Assembly (NCBI GenBank): GCA_963733375.1
Contig: CAVTDB010000001.1
Span: 43,071-107,070, forward strand
Direction of reading: 5' to 3'
DNA: 64,000 bases
From: Nitrospirota bacterium
Lineage (GTDB): Bacteria > Nitrospirota > JACRHJ01
The notes under the pieces are model-generated. The model was not told where the DNA came from and made no database searches. It saw only the letters and a list, made by a program, of their open reading frames with translations. This document shows positions 43,538-54,369 of the stretch, in pieces. Both the position numbers and the translations under genes were made by a program. Position 1 is the first letter of the stretch. Every line of letters starts with the position of its first letter.

Positions 43538-45349
43538 TTGTATTACGAAGAGCAGGGTGAAAGCAGGAACAGGCTCCTTAAGGAGCACATGAAGTTCGAG
43601 CTCCAGGACGTATCGGAGCCTAACCTGTTCCGGGAATACTTCCCGTATTCGGAGGTGCCGAAACTCCCCTTTTCCGACCGGGTCGTGCCGAAAGAGCTCC
43701 CGAAGGATATTTTCATAACCGACACCACGTTCCGGGACGGCCAGCAGTCGCGCCCGCCTTATACCCCGCAGGAGATGGTCACGATCTTCGATTTCCTGCA
43801 CCGTATGAGCGGCCCGAACGGCGTAATCCGGCAGACGGAGTTCTTCCTGTACTCGGACAAGGACAAGGAGGCGGTCAGGCTGTGCATGGAGCGCGGCTAC
43901 CGTTTCCCGGAGATAACCGGCTGGATACGGGCGGTCAAGAGCGATTTTCAGCTCGTGAAAGAAATGGGCCTCAAGGAGACCGGCATCCTGGTATCCTGCT
44001 CGGACTATCACATATTCCTGAAGCTGAACATGACCAGAAGCAAGGCGATGGAGCAGTATATCTCCGTCATAAAGGCCGCGCTCGATTCCGGCATCGTTCC
44101 CCGCTGCCATTTCGAGGATATCACCCGCGCGGACTTCTTCGGTTTCGTGATACCGTTCGCCCAGGAGCTGATGAGGCTCTCGGAGGAAGCGCGCATACCC
44201 ATCAAAATCAGGGCGTGCGATACCATGGGCTACGGCGTCCCGTATTCCGGCGCGGCGCTGCCGAGGGGCGTGCCGGAGATAATGTACTGCCTCAGGCATT
44301 ATGCGGGCGTCCCTTCCGAACTCCTGGAATGGCACGGGCATAACGACTTCCATAAGGGCCTTATCAATGCCACGACCGCATGGCTCTACGGCTGCTCGTC
44401 GGCAAACGGCGCGCTCCTCGGTTTCGGCGAGCGCACCGGCAATACTCCCGTGGAGGCCCTCCTCGTGGAATACACGAGCCTGCTGGGCGCGACCAACGGC
44501 GCCGACCTTTCCGCCATAACCGACATGGCGTCATACTTCCAGCGCGAGCTGAGGTTCCATATCCCGACCAACTATCCGTTTGTAGGCGCGGACTTCAATA
44601 ACACCGCCGCGGGCATACACGCGGACGGCGCGATGAAGAACGAGGAGATCTATAACATCTTCGACACCACGAAGCTTCTGAACAGGCCGATGGGCGTCAT
44701 CATCACGGACAAGTCCGGCATAGCCGGAATCGCGCTGTGGGTCAACGGACATCTTGCCCTGTCGGGAGAGAAAGCGGTGGACAAGCGCCATCCCGGCATA
44801 GCGAAGATACACAAGTGGGTCATGGAGCAGTACGCCCAGGGACGCACGACCAACATCTCCCGCGACGAAATGGCGGAGAAGGTAAAAAAATACCTGTCCG
44901 AGTTCATGGTGTCGGACTTAGACGTCATAAAGCAGAAGGCGAAGGATATAGCCGTACACTTAATCGAGGCCGTGGTGGCGGAAGAGGCCTTCAAGAGGAT
45001 AGACAAAAAGGAGATGGAGAAGTCTCTCCAGAAGCTCCTGGACGAGAACCCGTTCATCCAGTTCGCATACGTAGTGAATACGGACGGCAAGAAGGTCACA
45101 AAGAACCTTACCCAGATAATCGACCGGGCCACCTATGAGCATTACGGCCTGGACGAGGACTTCTCCGACAGGAGCTGGTTCATAAACCCGATGAAAGACG
45201 GAAAGACTTTCGTGACGAACTTCTACACCTCGAAGATAACAGGCGCGCTCGCCATAACCGTCTCCACGCCCATCAGGGACCATGAGGACGACATAATAGG
45301 CGTGCTGGGCATAGACATGAAGTTCGAGGATCTGGTGAAGGCAGAGTAA
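43538..45349 (+). CDS. Re-citrate synthase-like LeuA/HMGL-family enzyme with C-terminal Cache-like domain
   Basis: ITDTTFRDGQQ, WHGHND, GERTGN, AGIHADG; tail DFSDRSWF...FYTSKITG...ITVS. Confidence 0.8.
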   Translation: MYYEEQGESRNRLLKEHMKFELQDVSEPNLFREYFPYSEVPKLPFSDRVVPKELPKDIFITDTTFRDGQQSRPPYTPQEMVTIFDFLHRMSGPNGVIRQTEFFLYSDKDKEAVRLCMERGYRFPEITGWIRAVKSDFQLVKEMGLKETGILVSCSDYHIFLKLNMTRSKAMEQYISVIKAALDSGIVPRCHFEDITRADFFGFVIPFAQELMRLSEEARIPIKIRACDTMGYGVPYSGAALPRGVPEIMYCLRHYAGVPSELLEWHGHNDFHKGLINATTAWLYGCSSANGALLGFGERTGNTPVEALLVEYTSLLGATNGADLSAITDMASYFQRELRFHIPTNYPFVGADFNNTAAGIHADGAMKNEEIYNIFDTTKLLNRPMGVIITDKSGIAGIALWVNGHLALSGEKAVDKRHPGIAKIHKWVMEQYAQGRTTNISRDEMAEKVKKYLSEFMVSDLDVIKQKAKDIAVHLIEAVVAEEAFKRIDKKEMEKSLQKLLDENPFIQFAYVVNTDGKKVTKNLTQIIDRATYEHYGLDEDFSDRSWFINPMKDGKTFVTNFYTSKITGALAITVSTPIRDHEDDIIGVLGIDMKFEDLVKAE

Positions 45350-45368
45350 GAAGCCAGGGAAATAAGGC

Positions 45369-45438
45369 AAAAGCCGCGTCCGTGTTCCGTTTATCGTGTT
45401 AAAAAAGCATGAAAAGCGGGCGCGGGCGCGGCTTTTTT
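45369..45438 (+). terminator. Probable terminator
   Basis: AAAAGCCGCGTCCGTG...CGCGGGCGCGGCTTTTTT inverted repeat. Confidence 0.55.
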
Positions 45439-45509
45439 GTTATACTTGATATTTAATTTCAGTAAAAGCCTTACACGAACACCAACCACGAACACGAGAT
45501 ACGGCTTTT

Positions 45510-46106
45510 ATGGCCATTTCCGACAACCTCTTCTGGCGCAGGCTACATTCATTTACGGGCATTCTCCCGCTCGGCGGGTTCCTTTTGTTCCACCTATACG
45601 AGAACTCCTACTCGTACGGCGGGCCTGCATTCTACAACGAACACGTGCGCCCTTTAAGGCAAATCCCCTACCTCCTATTGATAGAGGCTATTGTCATCTA
45701 TATCCCCCTCGCCTACCACGCGTTTTACGGGGTATATATCTGGTCCACGAACAAGAACAACATCCTTCAATACCGCTACTGCCGCAACTGGCTCTATACG
45801 CTCCAGCGGTGGACGGGCATTATCACACTGCTATTCGTGGTTTTCCACGTGATCGACCAGCGCCTCCGGCCTTCGCCGTCGTTTGAGAACGTGGCGGGCT
45901 CTCTGCACAATCCGATGTTCCTTCTGTTTTATATAATCGGCGTCAGCGCGGCGGCGTTTCACTTGGGGAACGGCTTCTGGAACGCGCTCATCAAGTGGGG
46001 CTTCACCTCCGGCCAGAGGAGCCAGAAAATAACCGCTATTGCCTTTACGGCGTTCTGGGTAGTGCTCGGCGCGGTGGGGATTCGGGCGCTGGTAAATTTT
46101 TTATAA
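45510..46106 (+). CDS. sdhC: Succinate dehydrogenase cytochrome b558 subunit (Bacillus-type)
   Basis: RRLHSFTGILP, H..YG, LQRWTG, FHLGNG. Confidence 0.92.
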   Translation: MAISDNLFWRRLHSFTGILPLGGFLLFHLYENSYSYGGPAFYNEHVRPLRQIPYLLLIEAIVIYIPLAYHAFYGVYIWSTNKNNILQYRYCRNWLYTLQRWTGIITLLFVVFHVIDQRLRPSPSFENVAGSLHNPMFLLFYIIGVSAAAFHLGNGFWNALIKWGFTSGQRSQKITAIAFTAFWVVLGAVGIRALVNFL

Positions 46107-46173
46107 TTTTGTGGAGAGGGATAAAGGGAGAACCAGGAAGTAATCACTTCCAAAGTTCTCTTCAAAAAATAAT

Positions 46174-46594
46174 TTGATGACAAATTATTTAAAAATATTT
46201 TTGAGCGGCTTTATATTATCTTTTTCACTTGGGAACGTATCTCAAACAACTATAAAAGTTGATAGTTTCACAATCTATTATGTACCTCTTGAAATACAGT
46301 TTTATGTCCCGCCAACCCCGGAGTATATTGAAAAGCATGGGACTAAAATTCAAATAAAGTCAAACATGTTGACTGATTTATATAATAAAATAAAACGAAA
46401 ATTCTAAATTTATTGTTTCAAATGAAGATATGAAAAGTTTGAGGGTGAAGATTCAAAGAGATAAAGATGGGAAGATTATCTATATAACCAGTGACAAACA
46501 TATTCTGTCGAATGGGAAAAGACTTACTGTAGACAAATTGATAGTTGATTCAGTTTTGAAAGAAATAAAAGAAAACATCAAACAAAAAAAATGA
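46174..46594 (+). CDS. AT-rich exported hypothetical protein inside the sdh operon (frameshift near 46400)
   Basis: Signal-peptide-like start; shifted frame ends ...KEIKENIKQKK* with TGA overlapping sdhA ATG. Confidence 0.55.
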
Positions 46595-48339
46595 CACAAC
46601 AATTAAACATAGCGATTATCGGCGGCGGGCTCGCGGGCTTGATGTCCGCGATAAAGGTCGCGGAGTCGGGGAATAAGGTGAAGCTTTTCGCCATCCAGCC
46701 GACCCGCCGCTCGCACTCCGTCTGCGCCCAGGGCGGGATAAACGCCGCAAAGAACTTGAAGGGCGAAGACGACTCCGTCTGGAAGCATTTCGACGACACC
46801 GTATATAGCGGGGATTTCCTGGCCAACCAGCCGCCGGTTTTGAAGATGTGCGAGGCCGCGCCGTTTATTATCGACTTGACCGACCGGATGGGCGTGATGT
46901 ACAACCGCACGCCGGAGGGCCTGCTCGACTTCCGCCGTTTCGGGGGCACGAAATATCACCGCACGGCGTTCGCGGGCACCACTACCGGCCAGCAACTGGT
47001 CTATGCGCTGGACGAGCAGGTGCGGCGGTTCGAGGCGGCTGGCCTGGTGGAGAAATACGAGAACTGGGAGTTCCTCTCCCCCGTACTGGACGACTCAGGT
47101 ACCTGCCGAGGGATTGTCGCGCTCAATTTATATACGATGGAACTAAAGGCGTTTCCAGCCGACGCGGTAATCGCGGCCACGGGGGGCATCGGCGCGATAT
47201 TCGGCAAGAGCACCAACTCCATCGTCAACACCGGGAGCGCCGCGTCCATCCTCTATCAGGCAGGCGTCGTATATGCTAACCCGGAGATGGTGCAGGTGCA
47301 TCCCACGGCCATGCCCGGCGAGGATAAGCTCCGGCTGATATCGGAGTCCGCGCGTGGCGAAGGCGGACGGATATGGGTGCCGAAGGACGGGAAGCCCTGG
47401 TACTTCCTGGAGGAGTGGTATCCCGACTACGGAAACCTTGTCCCCAGGGACGTGGCTTCGCGGGCGATATTCAAGGTAGTGTACGAGATGGGACTCGGCG
47501 TGGACGGACAGCCTTTGGTCTATCTAGACATCTCGAACCTCCCGAAAGAGCAGCTGGAAACACGGCTCTTCGGGATAATGGAAATTTATCAGACATATAC
47601 CGGGGCGGACCCGCGCAAGGTCCCGATGCAGGTATTCCCCGGAGTGCATTACAACATGGGCGGGCTCTGGGTGGACTATGACATGGGGACCAATATACCG
47701 GGCCTCTTTGCCGCCGGTGAAGCTGAGTATCAGCACCACGGGGCAAACCGCCTGGGCGCGAACTCGCTCGTCTCATGCATCTACGACGGCATCGTGGCCG
47801 GGCCTTCGGCGGTCGCGTACGCATCCGGACTCAAAACCCGCTCCGAGGAACTGCCCGCATCGCTTTTCGAGGCGGAGGTTAAAAGGCAATCCGAAATAAA
47901 TTCCCGGCTGCTCAAAAAAGACGGGAAGGAGAAGCCTCTACTCCCTGTACCACGAGATGGGCGAGGTGATGCGGGAGAACGTGACGGTCGTACGGCATAA
48001 TGACAAGCTCCGGGTTACCGATACGAAGCTAAATGAGCTAATGGAACGGTATAATGATATAAACGTGCTGGACGACTCCAGTCGAAGTAAACCAGTGCCT
48101 GGTGTTCGCGCGGGAGCTCTGGAACATGCTCACCCTCGCGCGTGCGATAACGCTCGCGGCGCTGTCGACGTAACGAATCACGCGGCGCGCATTACAAGCC
48201 GGAGTTTCCAAAACGGGACGACGAAAACTGGCTGAAGACGACGAAGGCTTTTTATACGCCTGAAGGGCCGCGTTTCGAGTACGAGCCGGTGGACATATCG
48301 CTTTTAGAGCCGCGCGAGCGGCATTACGAACTCGAATAA
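46591..48339 (+). CDS. sdhA: Succinate dehydrogenase flavoprotein (3' frameshifts)
   Basis: GGGLAG, RSHSVCAQGG, VQVHPT, HGANRLGANS. Confidence 0.96.
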
Positions 48340-48346
48340 AACGGAA

Positions 48347-49105
48347 GTGAAAATGAACCCGGGCGAGAAGTTCATAGCGAGGATAAAACGGCAGGAAGAC
48401 TCCGGCTCCAGGCCCTGGTGGGAGGAGTTCGAGCTTGTCTTTCGCCCCGGCATGAACGTCATCATCGCGCTAATGGACATACAGAAAAAACCCGTCACCC
48501 GTGAAGGCAAAAAGACGAAGCCCGTCTCATGGGAATGCTCGTGCCTTGAGGAAGTATGCGGGGCCTGCGCGATGATAATAAACGGCGTGCCCCGGCAGGC
48601 GTGCAGCACGTTGATAGAAGGACTTAAGACGCCGCTTATGATAGAGCCGCTGACCAAGTTCCCGCTGGTGAAGGACCTGGTCGTGGACCGTCACTCGCTA
48701 TTCGAGAACTTCAAAAAAATCCATGCCTGGATCCCGGTGGACCTGACATACGGCGCGGGTCCGGGGCCGAGGGTAAGCCAGGAGACCCAGAGGAAGGTAT
48801 ATCCCCTTTCGCGCTGCATCACCTGCGGGAACTGCCTGGAGGCCTGCCCGCAGGTAAATAACCGCTCGCCTTTCATGGGCGCGGCGGTCATGAACCAGGC
48901 GACGCTTATGGACTCGCACCCGACGGGCTACATGAACAGGACCGAAAGGCTTGCGGCAGTGCGCGCTAAAGGGGGCGTCGGCGACTGCGGGAACGCCCAG
49001 AACTGCGCGAGAGTCTGCCCGAAGGAGATACCGCTTGTGGATTCGATAGCGTGGCTTAACCGGGAGGCGATAATCGACGGCCTCCGCAGATGGCTGGAGA
49101 AATAA
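48347..49105 (+). CDS. sdhB: Succinate dehydrogenase iron-sulfur subunit
   Basis: CLEEVCGAC, CITCGNCLEACP, CGNAQNC. Confidence 0.96.
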   Translation: MKMNPGEKFIARIKRQEDSGSRPWWEEFELVFRPGMNVIIALMDIQKKPVTREGKKTKPVSWECSCLEEVCGACAMIINGVPRQACSTLIEGLKTPLMIEPLTKFPLVKDLVVDRHSLFENFKKIHAWIPVDLTYGAGPGPRVSQETQRKVYPLSRCITCGNCLEACPQVNNRSPFMGAAVMNQATLMDSHPTGYMNRTERLAAVRAKGGVGDCGNAQNCARVCPKEIPLVDSIAWLNREAIIDGLRRWLEK

Positions 49106-50273
49106 TGCGCCTGCACGAATACCAGGCAAAGGAAATACTGCAGAAGACCGGTATCCCGGTGCCGAGAGGCTTTCTCGCCTCCACTCCGGGCGAGGCCAAG
49201 TCGGCTTATGAAAACCTGGGGTCGCACCTGGTCGTCCTGAAGGCGCAGGTATTGGCCGGCGGCCGCGGGAAGGCCGGAGGGATAAAGACGGCGCACTCCG
49301 CGGAAGAGGCCCAGCACACCGCCTCGCAGATGCTGGGGCGCAGGCTGGTCACCTCCCAGAGCGGGCCGGAAGGCACGCCGGTGCGAAAACTCTTAATCGA
49401 GGAAGGCGTGCCGGCGGAGAGCGAGTATTACGTTGCGGTAACCATCGACCGCGAACGAAGACAGCCCGTGATAATAGCCAGCGCGTCCGGCGGCATGGAC
49501 ATAGAGGAAGCGGCGAAAAAAACGCCGGAGAAGGTGGTCAAGGAATATATCGAGCCGGTATTCGGCCTCCAGCCGTACCAGGCCAGAAAAATAGCCTACG
49601 GGCTAGGCATCCATGGAAACCTGGCGCAGGCCTTCGTGGACGTCCTTTTGAAGCTCCATATAATTTTCCTCGTCTCGGACCTGGAACTCGCGGAAATAAA
49701 CCCGCTCGTGAAGACGGAGGAAGAGCGTTTCGTGGCGCTGGACTCGAAGATGGTTGTGGACGACAGCGCCCTTTTCCGGCATGACGACTTTAAAAAACTG
49801 GCCGACCCCCTGGACATGGACCCGCAGGAATACGAGGCCGCGAGGCCGGGGTAAATTACATAAAACTGAAAGGCAACATCGGCTGCATGGTAAACGGCGC
49901 GGGACTGGCGATGGCCACGATGGACCTGATAAAATCGGCTGGCGGAGAGCCCGCGAATTTTCTGGATGTCGGAGGCGGCGCGGATGCGGAACATATAAAA
50001 AGGGCGCTGGGGGTACTGGTCGCCGACCCGCATGTGGAGTCTGTCCTGGTGAATATATTCGGCGGGATACTCAGGTGCGACGTCCTGGCGGAAGGGATCG
50101 TCCAGGCGGCCCGTGAGCTGAAGTTTACCGTCCCGATGGTGGTGCGGCTGGAAGGGACGAACAAGTCGGAGGGCGAGAAGATACTGAAGAGTTCCGGGCT
50201 TCCGATTCATTTTGCGGCGACGATGCGCGAGGCCGGCGAGATGGCGGTGCATTCGATAAGAAGCAACGCATAG
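49105..50273 (+). CDS. sucC: Succinyl-CoA synthetase beta subunit (frameshift near 49845)
   Basis: [26 protein letters not shown]. Confidence 0.96.
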
Positions 50274-50285
50274 GAGCGACAGTTA

Positions 50286-51168
50286 ATGGCCGTCCTCGTA
50301 AATAAAAATAACCGGGTGATCGTACAGGGACTGACCGGGCGCGAAGGCTCCTTCCACGCGAAGCAGATGCTGGACTACGGCACGCGCGTGGTAGGTGGAG
50401 TTACGCCGGGCAAGGGCGGGAAGGACGTATCGGGCCTCCCGGTATTCGACTCGGTGCACGAGGCGGTGCGGGAGACGGGAGCGGACGCTTCGGTGATATT
50501 CGTCCCGGCGCCGTATGCCTCCGACGCAATACTTGAGGCCGCGGATGCGGGTATCGGGCTTGTCGTGTGCATAACGGAGGGGATACCGGTGCACGACATG
50601 CTGGTAGTCGTCCGGGCGCTGGAAAATTCTCCTTGCCGGTTAATCGGCCCCAACTGCCCCGGCATTATCACGCCGGGTGAGTGCAAAATCGGCATCATGC
50701 CCGGCTATATCCACAAGAAAGGGAATATCGGCGTCATATCGCGAAGCGGCACCCTCACCTATGAGGCGGTCTTTCAACTGACGGCTTTGGGTATTGGCCA
50801 GTCCACCTGCATAGGCATCGGGGGGGATCCCCTTATCGGCACGGATTTCGTGGACTGCCTTCGGCTTTTCGAAGACGACCAGGAGACGGAGGCCGTACTG
50901 ATGATAGGCGAGATAGGCGGCGCTGGCGGAGGAGCGGGCGGCGGATTATATAAAAAACGGCTCATTCACAAAACCGGTCTTCGCCTATATCGCCGGACTG
51001 ACCGCACCCGAAGGCCGGAGGATGGGCCATGCCGGGGCCATCATCTCGGGAGGCTCGGGCACGGCTGAGAAAAAAGTGGACGCCCTGGCTGACGCCGGTG
51101 TTAAAATAATAAAAGACCCTTCCGCCATAGGAGAATCGGTAAAGTCATTTAAAAAAAACGGAGGTTAG
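50286..51168 (+). CDS. sucD: Succinyl-CoA synthetase alpha subunit (frameshift near 50925)
   Basis: [27 protein letters not shown]. Confidence 0.96.
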
Positions 51169-51172
51169 TTCC

Positions 51173-51376
51173 ATGAAGATGCTTCTGCCCGTGATAGACC
51201 CGGACCTGTGCACCGCCTGCGGGCTGTGCTGCGCGGCATGTCCTTACGAGGTGCTGGCGATGAAGGACGGACTTGCCGTCGTCGTGAGGCCGAAAGCCTG
51301 CAAGGACCTCGAGGCCTGCGTCAGCGCCTGCCCCACCGGCGCGATAACCATGGAAGAACAGGAAGTGCCAGACTGA
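51173..51376 (+). CDS. 4Fe-4S dicluster ferredoxin
   Basis: CTACGLCCAACP and CKDLEACVSACP. Confidence 0.88.
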   Translation: MKMLLPVIDPDLCTACGLCCAACPYEVLAMKDGLAVVVRPKACKDLEACVSACPTGAITMEEQEVPD

Positions 51377-51390
51377 AAAAGGAGGCTTTC

Positions 51391-51903
51391 TTGGCCGAAG
51401 ATTTTTCTGATTCCAAAAGGAAGTTTTTGGGCTATGCGATTGCCGGGATGGCGGGTGCGGTGGCCATCGGCTACGCGATACCGCTCGCGCAGTATATCGT
51501 AAAACCGGCGATGAAACAGACCGAGGAGCAGTGGTCTTTGCTGTGCTGTCTGCAGGATATGCAGGTGGACGAGCCGAAATCGATTACCTTTTACTCCAAC
51601 CTGAAAATCGCATGGCAGACCGAGCGCGTCCAGCAGGATGTCTGGGTAGTTAAAAAACCCGATGGAAGCTACACCGTGTTCTCGCCCGTCTGCCCTCACC
51701 TTGGCTGCGGGTATGCATGGAATGAGCAGGCGAAGCATTTCATCTGCCCATGCCACGGCAGCGTCTATGACATAAACGGAAAAGTGCTTGCCGGACCTGC
51801 ACCCAGGCCGCTGGATACCCTGCCCACAAAAATCGCCGACGGAAAACTTTACGTGAAATACGAGAAGTTCCGCCTCGGAATACCTGAAAAGGTGTCTGCA
51901 TAA
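51391..51903 (+). CDS. Rieske iron-sulfur subunit of a Rieske/cytochrome b complex
   Basis: Tat-like KRKFL, CPHLGC, CPCHGS, GPAPRPL. Confidence 0.93.
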   Translation: MAEDFSDSKRKFLGYAIAGMAGAVAIGYAIPLAQYIVKPAMKQTEEQWSLLCCLQDMQVDEPKSITFYSNLKIAWQTERVQQDVWVVKKPDGSYTVFSPVCPHLGCGYAWNEQAKHFICPCHGSVYDINGKVLAGPAPRPLDTLPTKIADGKLYVKYEKFRLGIPEKVSA

Positions 51904-53224
51904 TGGGCTACATCCCGGCTGTTCAGTCATGGTTTGATAAGCGTATCGGCCTGTCCCGCCTTGTGGCCCCTTTGCTGTACAAGCCTCTCTCGGGCGGCGC
52001 ACGCTTTCAGTTCAGCCTCGGCTCGGTCAACCTCTTCCTGTTCGTGAACCAGGTCCTGACCGGCATCTTCCTGATGATGTACTACGTCAACTCGCCCGAC
52101 CACGCCTGGGATGCCGTTAAATGGATCCAGCACGAGGCCAGCTTCGGTTATTTCGTGCGCGGCATGCACTACTGGGGCGCAAGCGCCATGGTCGTCTCGG
52201 TCCTGCTCCATATTGTCCGGGTCTTTGTTTATGGAGCCTATAAGAAACCGCGCGAGATAATGTGGGTTAGCGGCACGTTCCTGGTCCTGCTCGTATTGGG
52301 GTTCGCCTTCACGGGATATCTCCTTCCCTGGGACCAGAAATCGTACTGGGCGACTGTCGTCGGGACCAGCATTCCCGGAACGATGCCCGGCGGGGACTTT
52401 ATCGTCCGCCTGGCCCGCGGCGGGACCGACGTCAGCAACCTGACCCTTACGCGCTTCTTTGCGGTACACGTGGAGATACTGCCCTGGCTTTTGGTCATCA
52501 TCGCCGGAATACATCTTACCGTACTCCAGATAGTTGACCACACCCCGCCCTGGAACCCGGCGAAGGCAAAGGTAACCGCACCCTTTTATCCGGACCAGGT
52601 ATTCAAGGACATGGTGCTGATCCTGCTGGTGTTCGTGGCGCTGGTTGCGCTCGCGAACCTCTCTCCCGCGCCCCTTGAGGCAATCGCGGACCCGTCGGAT
52701 AAGTCTTACATCCCGCGCCCGGAATGGTATTTCTTCTTCCTTTACCAGCTCCTGAAATACTTCCAGGGCCGCTACGAGATGGTCGGGACGATAATCCTGC
52801 CGAACCTGTTCATTATAGCGATGCTGCTTTTGCCGTTCTATGACCGTAACCCGGAACTGTCCCCGAAGAAACGTCCCGTGGCAATGGCCGCCATCGTGGC
52901 ATGCGTAATCGGTTACATCGCCCTCACCACTTTAGGCGCCATGAGCGGCGTCCCTGGCGGAGGCAAAGCGACCGTGCTGCCGTTACAAAGGGAAGACAGC
53001 TCTATCAGAAGCTTGGCTGCACATCGTGCCACAGCATCAACGGCGTCGGCGGAAAAGTCGGCCCGCCTTTGGACAAGGAGTCTGCAAAGCGGGACAGGCA
53101 GTGGCTGATAGAGCATTTCAAGGACCCGCAGAAGATGTCGCCGGGCAGCATAATGCCGAAGTTCGATTACCTGACCCCGGAGCAGTTAGCTGAGCTTACG
53201 GATTATATGCAGAGCCTGAAATAA
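51903..53224 (+). CDS. Cytochrome b (b6 + subunit IV fused), probably fused to a monoheme cytochrome c (frameshift near 52970)
   Basis: MHYWGAS, FTGYLLPWDQ, PEWYF; downstream frame CTSCH...SIMPKF. Confidence 0.88.
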
Positions 53225-53266
53225 AGGCGGAGTCGAAAAATGCGCGTAATTATGCGCATTTAATGT

Positions 53267-53295
53267 TTGACTTCAATCGGCCAGTATAATATAAT
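53267..53295 (+). promoter_or_regulatory. Sigma70 promoter of tRNA-fMet
   Basis: TTGACT-17bp-TATAAT; preceded by near-palindrome AAATGCGCGTAATTATGCGCATTT (53238-53261). Confidence 0.7.
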
Positions 53296-53309
53296 CTTTA
53301 AGTTGTCGG

Positions 53310-53386
<77 letters not shown>

Positions 53387-53400
53387 ATAAAATTAAGGGG

Positions 53401-53510
53401 TTACGGCACACGCTGTAACCTCTTTTTTTCCGATTGTGCTAAATTTGTGCTAATTTTATCCAGCATCTCGACTCCATCCCTCAAACTCTCCGGGTAGTGG
53501 TACGAACATC
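53401..53510 (-). pseudogene. Tyrosine integrase C-terminal relic
   Basis: ..SYHYPESLRDGVEMLDKISTNLAQS resembles the RYxHHYPESLR..VE.LD tail of tRNA-targeting integrases. Confidence 0.55.
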
Positions 53511-53667
53511 GGCGTTCTCTCGGTATACTTCCTGTACTTTTCTCCGAATGTTTCCCAGAGATGTCCGCTTGGGTGTTATAAATTGACAGGGGGGGTGAGA
53601 TTCGGAAGTCTTTGAAATCTCGACAACTCGCTCTCAAAAAACTATCCCAAAACTATCCCGAAACTAT

Positions 53668-54047
53668 ACTGGAATTTAATTGGCATTATTTTGAAATCAT
53701 TGGGAATTTCACCAGGCGCAATAAGATTTCATTAGATAAAATGAGTTGCCTTTCTTGGGAATAAACGAATTCACTGGCCTCTTGCGTGGATTTTTAAAGC
53801 GCGAGATTGATATAACTTGACATAGGGGGGGAGATTGCGGGAAATAGCGGGATTTAAAGGGATTAGGTGGGATAAAACGCCACAGAAACCCCACTGGAAC
53901 CCGACTGGAATTATACTGGCATTATTTTGAAATCATTTGGGAATTTCAACAGGCGCAATAAGATTTCATCAGATAAAATGAGTAGCCTTTCTTGGGAATA
54001 AACGAATTCACTGGCCTCTTGCGTGGATTTTTAAAGCGCGAGATTGA
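53668..54047. repeat. Two direct copies of a ~143-bp non-coding repeat (53668-53810, 53904-54047)
   Basis: Near-identical TGGCATTATTTTGAAATCAT...TTTTTAAAGCGCGAGATTGA. Confidence 0.9.
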
Positions 54048-54369
54048 CCAGCCAACTCGGGTCAATTCCTGCCATTCGGTTTGAGATTTTGTCTGTCCTC
54101 ATAACTCGCCGACCTATTTATTTTTTTTGCCTTTTGCCGATTAGCTTTTAAAAACCTGCGTCGCAATATTCAGCCATGTTGCGACATTATCGCGACATCT
54201 GTCGCGACACAAAAGGTCGCTTAGCTAAGTCCCTTGAAATCAATACCTTTTTGTTAATTAAGCAATCTCCGCTTGTCGCAAAATCCACTTGCAATGTCCC
54301 CGACACAGAGGTAGTGTGTGTCCGACTTAACGGCAGTATTGGCAAAGGGTTAGGAGATTTCAATGCCGC

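Noticed and set aside
3844-51168. Programmed frameshifting or mass pseudogenisation
   Set aside because: Breaks fall at arbitrary sites in unrelated essential genes with no shared slippery motif; sequencing indels are the simpler explanation
53668-54047. Direct repeats as a CRISPR array
   Set aside because: Only two ~143-bp copies, no repeat-spacer periodicity and no cas genes
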